A stretch of DNA of 63,673 bases from IMG/VR virus record IMGVR_UViG_3300045970_000154, positions 1-63,673 of that record; one strand, 5' to 3'. Below the pieces are notes generated by a model. The model saw nothing but the letters and a program-made list of their open reading frames with translations. It was not told the origin of the DNA and searched no databases. The DNA is from a virus (lineage: Duplodnaviria > Caudoviricetes). Below are positions 40,776 to 50,191 of this stretch, piece by piece. The position numbers and the translations under genes were made by a program. The first letter of the stretch is position 1, and each line of letters opens with the position of its first letter.

Positions 40776-41103
40776 AGCACCAGATTGCAGACGGGAGTGG
40801 AGTTGGCAGAGTACATGTCGATGGTTCTGTTTCCACCGTAGCCGAACACCAGCTCACCAGCATGTAAGGACATAAGAGCGTCCCCAATCTGATCCGCCAT
40901 GAAATACGTACCCTTTAGTTCTTTACCGGTCTTTTCCAGTATCTCCAGGCTGCTCAGAAAGTCGATAGCTTTATTTGCAACGTCCTTCTCAGTGATGCCG
41001 GTCACGGCAACCAGAACGTCACCGAGTCGCTTGCCCTTAATCACCACGTAGAAGTCGTCGTCGGTGTCAATCTCAATCATGTAGGTCAGCATTGGTAGTT
41101 CTC

Positions 41104-41850
41104 CTAAAAAGTCACTTCGAGCATCTTCCTCGTCTCGATATCGTCTTTAAACTCTGGCAACATGAAGTCCTCAAACGTCCCCGTCTTTGTGTTGAAACAG
41201 TACCAGCCGGGAGCATCCACACAGACGTGAACGGTAATATTCTTAAACATCTGCTTACCGACAGGTATGATCTTAGCCTTAGGTCCGTGGTTGTGGCCGA
41301 AGACTTGGTTGAACCTTCGGTCAACCTTCTCCTTCCTATAGTCCAGCCAGAAGATGCCACCAAACTGATGCCACCCTCCCCTACAACTGCCTATGTTAAA
41401 GATAGGTGGAAGTGTCTCAGGTACGGACGGTAAACTAACATACCAGAACAACTCAGAGTTTAGGTACTCATCGACATCATGCAGGGTATCAAAGTCTTTT
41501 ATCAGCCACGGATGCGCCCCAGCGTGGGTCAGAAGATAATCATCACGAACCAGTGAGGCTTGAAGTTTGTACTTGTGTTGCTCCATCAGCCCAACAAACT
41601 TCTCATTGTAGCGCATTCCGCTGCATTTCATTTCCCTGTGTGTATTGTTCAGGTACTGGAGGTCATGGTTGCCCATGAGCAGTTCAGCCCCTGACTCGAA
41701 GGCAAGGGTAGCAGCACGCAGCATCTCAGAATCTGTAGCATGGTAGCTGTCGAAGAAGTCGCCCAAGATGCCGTGCTCAACATCAGGTCGATAGTTGAGG
41801 AAGGCTTCGAGCTTCGGGTAGTTTCCGTGTATGTCGCTTATTACAATCAT
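41104..41850 (-). CDS. calcineurin-like metallophosphoesterase
   Basis: SDIHG, LGDFFD, MGNHD, THAG, FGHNH. Confidence 0.88.
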   Translation of the reverse strand: MIVISDIHGNYPKLEAFLNYRPDVEHGILGDFFDSYHATDSEMLRAATLAFESGAELLMGNHDLQYLNNTHREMKCSGMRYNEKFVGLMEQHKYKLQASLVRDDYLLTHAGAHPWLIKDFDTLHDVDEYLNSELFWYVSLPSVPETLPPIFNIGSCRGGWHQFGGIFWLDYRKEKVDRRFNQVFGHNHGPKAKIIPVGKQMFKNITVHVCVDAPGWYCFNTKTGTFEDFMLPEFKDDIETRKMLEVTF

Positions 41851-42065
41851 TAAGACTCCAGTATGTAGAAGGTGGTTTCACCGACTTTCCAGCACGAAAA
41901 ATAGTTACTAACGGATTCTCTATTTGAAACTTCGCTTCTAGCCATCAGCGTGGGGTTACGATAATCAATCAACCAGGGGTCGCACGCTGTCGCTTTAAAC
42001 TTCCGGCACAGACCTACTGCGATGAGGTTCTGCATCACTTCAGGATTTCTAGTTGAGGTTATCAT
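41850..42065 (-). CDS. small paralog family member 13
   Basis: TRNPEVMQNLIAVGLCRKF. Confidence 0.75.
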   Translation of the reverse strand: MITSTRNPEVMQNLIAVGLCRKFKATACDPWLIDYRNPTLMARSEVSNRESVSNYFSCWKVGETTFYILES

Positions 42066-42274
42066 TCTGTACTCACTATGTGGAAGGTAGTGTCGTCTTC
42101 GCCCCAGGATCTGAAGTAATGACTAACCGAGTTACGTTCAGATTTACGCCTCATGGTTTCTCGGTCTCTCCTGTCAATAATCCAGGGGTCGCAAATGTTA
42201 GCACGGAAAGAAGTGCATAACCCCACTGCAATGAGATTCTTAAGGATTGCCGGACTTCTCGTCTGGGTTATCAT
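42062..42274 (-). CDS. small paralog family member 14
   Basis: TRSPAILKNLIAVGLCTSF. Confidence 0.75.
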   Translation of the reverse strand: MITQTRSPAILKNLIAVGLCTSFRANICDPWIIDRRDRETMRRKSERNSVSHYFRSWGEDDTTFHIVSTE

Positions 42275-42301
42275 ACAGCCTCCTAGTGCGACATGTCGCA
42301 C

Positions 42302-42706
42302 CTACCTCAAGTTTACCACAACATTCTTCTTCGCGGCTTTAGCCACCACGATACCCGCAGTAACCGCCGCCGCTTCTGCCAAGGTAGGCTTGGTCTTCAC
42401 CAGCCCAGGTATGACCTTCATAGGAGCAGCATTTTTCTTCGCCTCAGAGATGCGATACAGCCTGTCCTGTTCCTTCTCGTACGCCTTGACAAAAGCGTCG
42501 AAGTCAGCATCCTTCATCTTGATGTAGAGTTCTCGCTTTCTTACGTGCGAGATGATCTCCAGGAACGAAGAACGATAGAGGTTGATTGCAGGCACCAGAA
42601 CTTCGAAGCCATAGACCTCTTTGTAGACGGCTACTTCAACCCGGAGTGCCCTTTGCAGCATGATGGTGGAGTTGATTTCTGTCTTGATGATAGGCTCAGT
42701 TTTCAT
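42302..42706 (-). CDS. hypothetical basic protein
   Basis: AGGAG RBS before MKTEPII. Confidence 0.6.
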   Translation of the reverse strand: MKTEPIIKTEINSTIMLQRALRVEVAVYKEVYGFEVLVPAINLYRSSFLEIISHVRKRELYIKMKDADFDAFVKAYEKEQDRLYRISEAKKNAAPMKVIPGLVKTKPTLAEAAAVTAGIVVAKAAKKNVVVNLR

Positions 42707-42731
42707 GGCTCTTCTCCTTGGTTGATGTTGG

Positions 42732-42968
42732 CTAGAAAACAATTTTCCAGTTGCGGTCTTCGTCACGTAGTGCCGGTGCTCCACCTTTTACGGCTTCTTC
42801 GTAGGTCTGCGAATAGGTAAGACCTCTTGAGTTGTCATAGTCAATGTACATACGCTCACCTTTAAGAGCAAAATACACGCTACCTTGAGTATGGTAATTG
42901 AACCCCTTAGACCCAAGGACTAGGTGCAGGTTAGCGGCTTCTTTGAAGTTCAGGTCTGTAGTTTTCAT
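42732..42968 (-). CDS. small paralog family member 15
   Basis: KTTDLNFKEAANLHLVLG ... NWKIVF. Confidence 0.75.
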   Translation of the reverse strand: MKTTDLNFKEAANLHLVLGSKGFNYHTQGSVYFALKGERMYIDYDNSRGLTYSQTYEEAVKGGAPALRDEDRNWKIVF

Positions 42969-43180
42969 ACTAAGACTCTCCAGCGTCGGTAGCTATCTTT
43001 GGTAATGTCGTGGCACCGCTTGCATATTTCTGCCAAGGTTCCACAGTTTTCACTACCAGAATACAAGCACCCATTGTTTATCTTATACCTGGAGTCATAC
43101 GGTCCGTGCAACATCTTAGAACCGGGTAGGACGCTGTGGATGTTACACGCCTCAGCAAAGGTCAAGTCCGTAAGTTTCAC
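42965..43180 (-). CDS. small paralog family member 16
   Basis: KLTDLTFAEACNIHSVL ... RWRVLV. Confidence 0.7.
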   Translation of the reverse strand: MKLTDLTFAEACNIHSVLPGSKMLHGPYDSRYKINNGCLYSGSENCGTLAEICKRCHDITKDSYRRWRVLV

Positions 43181-43410
43181 AGCTCTACCTCCCACTCTCT
43201 GTAGGTGTCGTTCATGCAGCCTCTATTGTTCTCGATAACATCAAGCGTATTTCCATGAGTATACCCGACATCACCATACCTAGTTAGGTCACAAAATTTA
43301 CCGTTAGATAATATGTACTTATAGGCGTGTCCCCCAAACCTCAGGCTCTTCCCACCCATAACCAAGAACACATTTACCGCCTCCAAGTAGGTCAGGCCAG
43401 TGGTTTTCAC
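43177..43410 (-). CDS. small paralog family member 17
   Basis: KTTGLTYLEAVNVFLVMG ... EWEVEL. Confidence 0.75.
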   Translation of the reverse strand: MKTTGLTYLEAVNVFLVMGGKSLRFGGHAYKYILSNGKFCDLTRYGDVGYTHGNTLDVIENNRGCMNDTYREWEVEL

Positions 43411-43649
43411 AGCTCAACCTCCCACTTACGATAGGTGTCTTTTGTAAGTCCGGGATTGTTGCGAAGGACGGTTAATATGTCACCATGTACGTACCCATCT
43501 GCACTACCGCCATTACTTCCGAAAGAGCAGAAGTTTCCGTCGCGCACCGTAAATCTGGAATACGGGTACTTAGAGTCTACTATGCTCTTCCCTCCCATAA
43601 CCAAGAACACATTTATCGCTTCCAGATAGGTCAAGCCAGATCTCTTCAT
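43407..43649 (-). CDS. small paralog family member 18
   Basis: KRSGLTYLEAINVFLVMG ... KWEVEL. Confidence 0.75.
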   Translation of the reverse strand: MKRSGLTYLEAINVFLVMGGKSIVDSKYPYSRFTVRDGNFCSFGSNGGSADGYVHGDILTVLRNNPGLTKDTYRKWEVEL

Positions 43650-43677
43650 GCTTCCCCCTTAGCTCTACTTAGATTAC

Positions 43678-43721
43678 TTCGGCCTAGCTTTTCGCACCGA
43701 ACCCATAGGGCCTTGTAGTTT
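43678..43721 (-). ncRNA. copy of a five-copy structured RNA motif (others at 51648, 59343, 60222, 61451)
   Basis: AAACYAC(G)AAG-hairpin-UYYGGUGCGAA-N3/4-CUAGGCCRR with compensatory changes. Confidence 0.55.
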
Positions 43722-43748
43722 GGTGCGGCAGTATTGCCGCACCGGTTG

Positions 43749-44129
43749 TTATGCTACTTCTGCCACCACTACATCAGGAGGAGCTACCTCCAGCTTAGCA
43801 GTAGCGATTTCGTCCAATACATCATCGGCGGCATCTTCCTCGATGAGTTTGGTCTTGTAGCAGGGATTAGGTGTCCCCTTCCGTTCCGCTACACCATCTG
43901 CGGTCAACGAGGGGGAACCTTTTCTGCCCCAGGAAGGGCTGAGCACTTCGCCAGCCACTTCCAGCGAGTCAGGGTTTTCCTCGAACTTGTCCAGGAAAGC
44001 CTGGAGCAGGAACACTACCGCTTTGCCACCAGCCGGGATTACTCCGCCTACTGCGTCCGGGTTGTTAGCGATGAGGTTGGACAGGTCAATCGTCGTGCCT
44101 TTTTCCGCCTTCAATGCGACTTTCTTCAT
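43749..44129 (-). CDS. acidic hypothetical protein
   Basis: GGAGG RBS before MKKVALK. Confidence 0.6.
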   Translation of the reverse strand: MKKVALKAEKGTTIDLSNLIANNPDAVGGVIPAGGKAVVFLLQAFLDKFEENPDSLEVAGEVLSPSWGRKGSPSLTADGVAERKGTPNPCYKTKLIEEDAADDVLDEIATAKLEVAPPDVVVAEVA

Positions 44130-44257
44130 TTGTACTTCCTCCGTAGTGTGCTGCGTTGTGGTGCGACAAGTCGCACCGGTTAGGATGTAGAAACCCTCGT
44201 AATAACTAGGTACACTGAGCCACATTCGTGATACCACCTCCTCTTAGTTGGTTAGGA

Positions 44258-44506
44258 TCACCGCCACCCTACCGGCAACTTGTTCCTGGCTTTGTAGCCA
44301 CGTTCCATGTCCTCTACTGCGAAGGTAGGAGTGAGCTTCCCGTTGTCAGTAAAGAACCAGAACTCGCAGAACTTTCTGGATACCTCTCTCTCCTTAGTTT
44401 TCTTCCACCACAGGAAGCCTGTAGTAACGTCTACTACGGCAGAGAACTCCCAGTTCAGGGGGCTGGTTCCGGTATGCACCATGCTTCTGAAGTTGGTAAT
44501 TTTCAT
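44258..44506 (-). CDS. conserved phage hypothetical protein
   Basis: VDVTTGFLWWKK...WFFTDNGK motif. Confidence 0.6.
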   Translation of the reverse strand: MKITNFRSMVHTGTSPLNWEFSAVVDVTTGFLWWKKTKEREVSRKFCEFWFFTDNGKLTPTFAVEDMERGYKARNKLPVGWR

Positions 44507-45702
44507 ACGAACACCTCATTCTCAGTATCCATCGTAGGAATCATCAGAGGCGTAACATTTCCCGCCCCGATGATCTCGTCCCAGACCTTAGTGAAGCAAT
44601 CATCAGAGCCAAATCCGTGGTTATAGTAGTAGACATAGGATGTTTCCAAGTCTTCCAGCAGAGCCAACAGGTCGCCGCACTCAGGCTCACCAAAGATTAT
44701 CGGAAGCAGAAGGTCAAGGTTCATAGCCTTGACCAGAGCCGATTCCACTTCCGACTTAAGGCCCCGGAGCTTCATGATGGCGATGCAGTAGCTGCTTATG
44801 TCTTTGACCGGCAACTTGCTTGCTTCCAGCTTGTCCTGATTGATAGTCCCACCAGCATTGACCAAGGGGATTACCTTGGCCGGGAGGTTGGTCGTAGCAG
44901 TTGTCTTCTTGGTGTAACCATCATCAGCCCAATCATCCCACTGATTGCCGTACATTCCGCCGCCCCAATACTTCGAGGAGAAGCCATGACCACGCTTATA
45001 GTTCGGTTTAGCTAGTGGAAAGAGCGCACCGACCGGATCTTGAAGCATGTCGATTACACGGTTGATGGTGAGGTACATCTCGTCAATGTGCAGGACCTCA
45101 GACGCTGAGTGCTGCCGGTAGTAGCCGATGGACAAGTTGACGGACGGAATCAGCAGCTCGTCAGACAGGTCAGATATGTCAGAGTAGGAGCCGTGACTCT
45201 CTTTGAAGCCGAAGCACTCTACGTACTGCTTGCACTCCTTGGGCAATGAGAGGGAGTAGAACACGTAGTCGTTACAGCCCTGTCGGTCGAGTTCCAGGAA
45301 CATGTGGATGTGGTCACTGACCAGTGCCTTATCCGACAACAGTTTGCTGACTCCCCTGCCCCCGCTTTCTTCGTAGTTGGTGAAGATTACTGTCGGAAGT
45401 GGGATGCCATTTTTAACGCAATGCTCGACAACTTCGAGGATACCGAACACTCCGGCCCTATCGTCGGCACCAAGCACGCCGGTAGTGTTCCAAATCAGGT
45501 TTCTGTACTGAACAATGTTGACCGCATCAGTCCTTCTGACGGTATCCATGTGGGCAACCAGGGCCATCGTATTAGGACCAGTGGCCACGATGTAGTTATC
45601 GTGGTCGGTGACGATTTCCGGGTAGTGTTTCAGAAGCTCACCTTTGAGGTACTCGATGAGTGCCTTATCCTCCATCTCCAAGACTGCTAGTAACTTTTCC
45701 AC
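44503..45702 (-). CDS. M28/M20-type zinc peptidase-like protein
   Basis: AHMDTV, GADDRAG, EESG, LDRQG, SYSD, GYYRQH. Confidence 0.8.
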   Translation of the reverse strand: MEKLLAVLEMEDKALIEYLKGELLKHYPEIVTDHDNYIVATGPNTMALVAHMDTVRRTDAVNIVQYRNLIWNTTGVLGADDRAGVFGILEVVEHCVKNGIPLPTVIFTNYEESGGRGVSKLLSDKALVSDHIHMFLELDRQGCNDYVFYSLSLPKECKQYVECFGFKESHGSYSDISDLSDELLIPSVNLSIGYYRQHSASEVLHIDEMYLTINRVIDMLQDPVGALFPLAKPNYKRGHGFSSKYWGGGMYGNQWDDWADDGYTKKTTATTNLPAKVIPLVNAGGTINQDKLEASKLPVKDISSYCIAIMKLRGLKSEVESALVKAMNLDLLLPIIFGEPECGDLLALLEDLETSYVYYYNHGFGSDDCFTKVWDEIIGAGNVTPLMIPTMDTENEVFV

Positions 45703-45773
45703 GATTTCTCCTTTATAGGTGGAGCGGTGCGACATGTCGCACCGCTCGTTAGCGTAGCAGGTTGGGTTGATGG

Positions 45774-47993
45774 CTAGAGGATACTCGCCGCCAACTGGAT
45801 GCCATACTCGTCAGCTACAACGAGGTCGGCTGAGAACCCCTGCACAGTTGCAGAGATGGTAGGCATCTTCTTACGTGCCACCTTCGGCTTAGCGACAGGA
45901 GCTGCTACCCGCAAGTCCATGTCAGCAATCACCACGAAGCGGGTCTTGCCGCTGCCGGAACAGTGGTAGAAGAACTTCCCGCCCTGAGTAATAACCTCAG
46001 CAACCGTCACCGTGGAGCCGCTATCGAACGTATGGACAGACGAGTCCGCTACGATTCGGACCGTATCGCCCACCTCGAAGTAGGGAATCAGACCAGCTTC
46101 CCTATCCGCGTCCAGTTTGACCCTACGCTTGTGCTCGACAACCTGAACACGAGTCTCGTGGAAGGTCAGGAACTCCTTGTGGTAGGTAGCCTGTTGCTTG
46201 TCAGACACCCGAATAGTGTCAGTCAGGCACCCCGAACAAGTCACCTTTGCTCCGTAGAGCAGCAGATCCTTGATGTGGAAGGTCTCAGAACAGTCACCAC
46301 AAACATCGTAGTTGACCGAGCAAGGCAGGCACATGGAGTGCTTACCAACGGTTTCCAGCTCGGTGCAATACTTGCCACAGTCGGGGCAGTGCTGATAGTT
46401 GGTGATGCAACCATCACAGACCCAACCAGACTTGCCCCGCTCCTTGACGATCTCGTGGATGCCAGAAGCGAAGTGCTTGCGGCAGTCGGCACACTCGTGA
46501 ACGCTCATCAGGTCAGCATGAGCCTTGCACCACGTCGCGTCGATGTTCTCAACCGTGACGAAGGTGGTATCGGTAGAGCGGTGATGAACCCCGCAACCGT
46601 CGCAGTAGGTGTACCGAGAGGTAGAACAGCCGTGGCAAACACACTTGCCATTGTCCACATGAACTCCCTCCTCTCCAGTGTCCCTACGAACCTTGATATG
46701 GCACTCCTGGCACTCCCAGAAGATCTCGTTGAAGCAATCCCGGCAGAAGTATTCGTCTCCTACAGAATGCTCTCTACCACTGGAGATGATTTCCTCGCAC
46801 TCTGAGCAGCAATACTCTCTCGCCTTCTCCGCGCAACAGATGCAGCAGCCAGCAGAGGTGTAGTTGGTCTCGTCACCGCAGCGGAGACAGATAGCCTCAC
46901 CGAACTCCAGAGGGGTAGTAAGACCGTTCGACGCCAGATTGTCTGGAGACGAGTGAAGAGACTTCGGATAGGAGATGTCAAACGCATAGTTGTCGAGGTA
47001 GACTACGCCCCGAGACTTGACGTTATCCAGGCCCCGAGCGTGGTGCATAGAATCATACCCACCAGCCGGGATACCGTGCTTAGCAGCAAGCAGCGGTTCC
47101 ATGTAGCCACGGATGATAGAACGCTCACGGTTCGTGAAGGTTCCGTAGGACTTGGGCTGGATGATGTAGGGGCCGTTGGAATAAATCCAACTGCGCCCCT
47201 CTTTGTAATCAGGACGGGCAATGCTGCTCTTGTAGGCCAGCAGGGTTATGTCGTCCAGCAGGTACGCAATGTTCCCGTTGAAGTGGCAACCCGAAGTCGA
47301 GTAGCAGCTCGTGTAGCTGCTGTACTTGCCGCCAGCCGATGAGGTGAAAAAGTCAAAGAGGGTGGTCGATAAAGTAACCATCGAGTCCTTCTTGAGGCTG
47401 ACCAGCTCCCCGAACTGCGGCACGATAGCAGCCGGATTCTTGACCTTCAGGCGCTTGACAAACTCGTCAATGATGGCCTGATCCATCGTCGGCATCTGCT
47501 TAGCCAGCCAGCGGGTGATCTTGACAGACTGCTTGGCACCTTCCGGCATGAGCATGCCTGAGGTAAACTCAATGCCGGTGGTTTCGACGGTGTACTCGTT
47601 GTGGCAGATGTACCGAGTTTCGCCAGACTCCTTGTTACGAATCTTCCACTCGTAGCCGTCCTGTGGGTAGGCTTGGATGATGTCGCAGCGGGTTCCCTCT
47701 CTCCAGCCGGAACGGTTAATCTTGGCATTGAGTATGATGATAGAACCTACCGCAGCCGGTACAGCCTGCGGAACCCACCCCGGAATCTTATCGAATAGGG
47801 GAGCAACCCACGGATTGAGAGCATGGAACTCATGCTCTTCCTGCGTTACGGGGAGAGAGATCTTGCCCTCATCACCCAAGTTGTACAGCTCACGGAGGCC
47901 AGCTTTAGCCTCCAGCGACTGTTCCATTACCTGCTGAAGATACTGCACCGGGATGCCCTGGCCTGCGAGGAACCTGCGAGTTTTCTTGAACAT
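45774..47993 (-). CDS. large protein with tandem CxxC zinc-finger repeats
   Basis: About 16 CxxC-type pairs in residues ~365-590; adjacent to the M28-like peptidase. Confidence 0.8.
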   Translation of the reverse strand: MFKKTRRFLAGQGIPVQYLQQVMEQSLEAKAGLRELYNLGDEGKISLPVTQEEHEFHALNPWVAPLFDKIPGWVPQAVPAAVGSIIILNAKINRSGWREGTRCDIIQAYPQDGYEWKIRNKESGETRYICHNEYTVETTGIEFTSGMLMPEGAKQSVKITRWLAKQMPTMDQAIIDEFVKRLKVKNPAAIVPQFGELVSLKKDSMVTLSTTLFDFFTSSAGGKYSSYTSCYSTSGCHFNGNIAYLLDDITLLAYKSSIARPDYKEGRSWIYSNGPYIIQPKSYGTFTNRERSIIRGYMEPLLAAKHGIPAGGYDSMHHARGLDNVKSRGVVYLDNYAFDISYPKSLHSSPDNLASNGLTTPLEFGEAICLRCGDETNYTSAGCCICCAEKAREYCCSECEEIISSGREHSVGDEYFCRDCFNEIFWECQECHIKVRRDTGEEGVHVDNGKCVCHGCSTSRYTYCDGCGVHHRSTDTTFVTVENIDATWCKAHADLMSVHECADCRKHFASGIHEIVKERGKSGWVCDGCITNYQHCPDCGKYCTELETVGKHSMCLPCSVNYDVCGDCSETFHIKDLLLYGAKVTCSGCLTDTIRVSDKQQATYHKEFLTFHETRVQVVEHKRRVKLDADREAGLIPYFEVGDTVRIVADSSVHTFDSGSTVTVAEVITQGGKFFYHCSGSGKTRFVVIADMDLRVAAPVAKPKVARKKMPTISATVQGFSADLVVADEYGIQLAASIL

Positions 47994-48064
47994 TTGTTAT
48001 CTCCCTTTTGGTTGTTGGTGCGACATGTCGCACTGGTTAAGTAAGCAGTTGTGAGTAGTTGAAG

Positions 48065-48292
48065 TTACAAGTAGGCGTTCCATCTGACATGCCATGTTTT
48101 AATGGCGTATTTAGGCGTCACAGTCTCTGCATCGAATTCCCAAACCTCGTCCCATCCTAAAGGTTTAACAGGCAATAGCTTTCCTCTATGAAATACATAG
48201 TGGTACGCATCATAATTATACTTAATACGCTTCGCTACTCCCGTAACAATCATGTTTACGGCTTCTTCTGTGGACAGGTCGGTTAGTTTCAT
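48065..48292 (-). CDS. small paralog family member 19
   Basis: KLTDLSTEEAVNMIVTGVAKRI ... RWNAYL. Confidence 0.75.
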   Translation of the reverse strand: MKLTDLSTEEAVNMIVTGVAKRIKYNYDAYHYVFHRGKLLPVKPLGWDEVWEFDAETVTPKYAIKTWHVRWNAYL

Positions 48293-48513
48293 AGTAGGTT
48301 CCACCTGTACGAGCTAGATGTCCAGAAGCCAGTGAACGCTGCGTGTAGCTCTTCAACATGTTCCGTAGTAGGATAGTCACCACGCCGGTACCTTATCTGA
48401 CCATTCTGGACCACATAGACTCCGCTAGTGTCACCAACATAGGAAAACTCAGTTGCTACCCCACATACTAGAGCGTTATACAGCTCCTGGTTGGTAAGAT
48501 TTTTAGTATTCAT
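48289..48513 (-). CDS. small paralog family member 20
   Basis: TKNLTNQELYNALVCGVATEF ... RWNLL. Confidence 0.75.
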   Translation of the reverse strand: MNTKNLTNQELYNALVCGVATEFSYVGDTSGVYVVQNGQIRYRRGDYPTTEHVEELHAAFTGFWTSSSYRWNLL

Positions 48514-48758
48514 ATCTTCTCCCAAGGTAGACGGTTAGACACTACCCAGTCTCGGGAACTTATTGAGTAGCTTAGCAGAGACTTCAGGGGCGCATCTCTT
48601 AGAGTATAATCCGGGTCGTGCTTGGAACAACTCTGCGTACCTCCTGTAGCCTCATCATTACAGTACCACCGAGTCCGAGTACCCCACGATAGCCACGGAA
48701 ACATTCCGCACATGACTAAGTTGATCGCTTCAGCTCCAGAGATATTTTCTATCTTCAT
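48510..48758 (-). CDS. small paralog family member 21
   Basis: NISGAEAINLVMCGMFPW ... RDWVVS. Confidence 0.75.
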   Translation of the reverse strand: MKIENISGAEAINLVMCGMFPWLSWGTRTRWYCNDEATGGTQSCSKHDPDYTLRDAPLKSLLSYSISSRDWVVSNRLPWEKI

Positions 48759-48760
48759 AA

Positions 48761-49006
48761 CTACCCCCACGACAAATCATCTGCGACTTCCCAGTTATGC
48801 CTACCCCCACCTCGCGTTATTAACTCAGCAAAGGGATAGCCCTGTTCCTTGCTGTCAGGGTAGATATACTTATCAGTCTCAACGTGATCGCCGTTCTCCC
48901 TGTCCAGGCCAAACCAGTAATCCTTAGTCCCCCAGCTAGCCCACTTAAACATCCCGCAGGCAACCATGTTTACGGCTTCTTCCGCAGTAAGGTTTTTCGT
49001 CTTCAT
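48761..49006 (-). CDS. small paralog family member 22
   Basis: KTKNLTAEEAVNMVACGMFKW ... NWEVA. Confidence 0.75.
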   Translation of the reverse strand: MKTKNLTAEEAVNMVACGMFKWASWGTKDYWFGLDRENGDHVETDKYIYPDSKEQGYPFAELITRGGGRHNWEVADDLSWG

Positions 49007-49275
49007 TCCTTAACCTCCAGCAGGTTCCATCGGTAGTCTGGGTTAGTCAGAGTCCACCTACGGGCGAAAATGAGCGGTAACATCTTGCACTCGTTGCCTC
49101 TATACCCGCCCTCACTAAAAATGTCCTGGTAGTAAATATCCCCGTCGCGGATAAAATATTGAGTGGTATGTTGATCCTGCATGGGTATATCTGGCTGAAA
49201 GAAAGTGCACCTATCAGCTACCCCACACACAAGCGCATTTATCATTTCCGCCGTTGTCAGATTAGTGGTTTTCAT
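49003..49275 (-). CDS. small paralog family member 23
   Basis: KTTNLTTAEMINALVCGVA ... RWNLL. Confidence 0.75.
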   Translation of the reverse strand: MKTTNLTTAEMINALVCGVADRCTFFQPDIPMQDQHTTQYFIRDGDIYYQDIFSEGGYRGNECKMLPLIFARRWTLTNPDYRWNLLEVKE

Positions 49276-49277
49276 AG

Positions 49278-49520
49278 CTACCCCTTCTTTTTATAAACCT
49301 TCCATCTGGCAGTAGGATAGTGTCTGTGGTCGTGAGCGTTTTTGGTGGTGATGTTGGCGTACCTCATGCAAAACTTATCATCGCAGGAGGTGTATACCGA
49401 TAAGTTTCCGTCACTACTAGCGAAGTAGTAAGTAGCTATTCCAATCATCTGGACATAATCACAAACCCCAACTTCGAGCATGTTCATGGCTTCTGCTGTT
49501 CCCATCCAACTATCGGTCAT
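49278..49520 (-). CDS. small paralog family member 24
   Basis: MGTAEAMNMLEVGVC ... RWKVY. Confidence 0.75.
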   Translation of the reverse strand: MTDSWMGTAEAMNMLEVGVCDYVQMIGIATYYFASSDGNLSVYTSCDDKFCMRYANITTKNAHDHRHYPTARWKVYKKKG

Positions 49521-49731
49521 ACACAATCCAATCCCGGTCAGGGTACTTTGAGGGCAAGTTGGCAGTTTTTGTGGTGGTATTGTTGGTGTGTCTGATCTCT
49601 CCAGTTTCCTTCAATCTCCACACCATAGTCTTGCCTTTCCCCTCAAACGAGCAGTACATCCTATTCCCAGGGAAAGTAAGGTGCTTCGCAAGACCAACCT
49701 CGATCATGTTCATCGCTACTTCCGTAGTCAT
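49510..49731 (-). CDS. small paralog family member 25
   Basis: MTTEVAMNMIEVGLA ... RDWIVY. Confidence 0.75.
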   Translation of the reverse strand: MTTEVAMNMIEVGLAKHLTFPGNRMYCSFEGKGKTMVWRLKETGEIRHTNNTTTKTANLPSKYPDRDWIVYDR

Positions 49732-49760
49732 TATAGCCTCCTTGGTGCGACATGTCGCAC

Positions 49761-49967
49761 TTACCAGCCACTCCACCTTGGGTACATCCCGCTCCAAACA
49801 TCAAAGGCTTTCTCCAGCGTTCCATAACTATTCCCATCTCGGCTTGCACGGAGGTGCTTCCCGTCCCAGGTGTAGTGCTGTTCCTCTGTTCCGTACCGGA
49901 CTGACGTTATCACTCCACACTTGAGGGCATTACACGCCGCCTCTGAGGACATATTTTTGAATTTCAT
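49761..49967 (-). CDS. small paralog family member 26
   Basis: KNMSSEAACNALKCGVI ... RWSGW. Confidence 0.75.
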   Translation of the reverse strand: MKFKNMSSEAACNALKCGVITSVRYGTEEQHYTWDGKHLRASRDGNSYGTLEKAFDVWSGMYPRWSGW

Positions 49968-50191
49968 ATGGAGCCGCTCCATTTGTTTCCGTACCTGTCT
50001 GTTAGTTCCGACCACACCTTCAGCATGTACTTAAGGCTTCCTCGATCCTGCGCTCTATCCATATCCCACACGCAGCCGTCTTTTAAGCTGTAGAACCTAT
50101 CCTCCGTGTCCCAACAAATCTCCCTAACTACCCCAGTGGCAAGAGCATTGAGCGCCTCAGCCGTTGACATATGCTTGAACATGATAGTCAC
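49964..50191 (-). CDS. small paralog family member 27
   Basis: KHMSTAEALNALATGVVREICW ... KWSGSI. Confidence 0.75.
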   Translation of the reverse strand: MTIMFKHMSTAEALNALATGVVREICWDTEDRFYSLKDGCVWDMDRAQDRGSLKYMLKVWSELTDRYGNKWSGSI

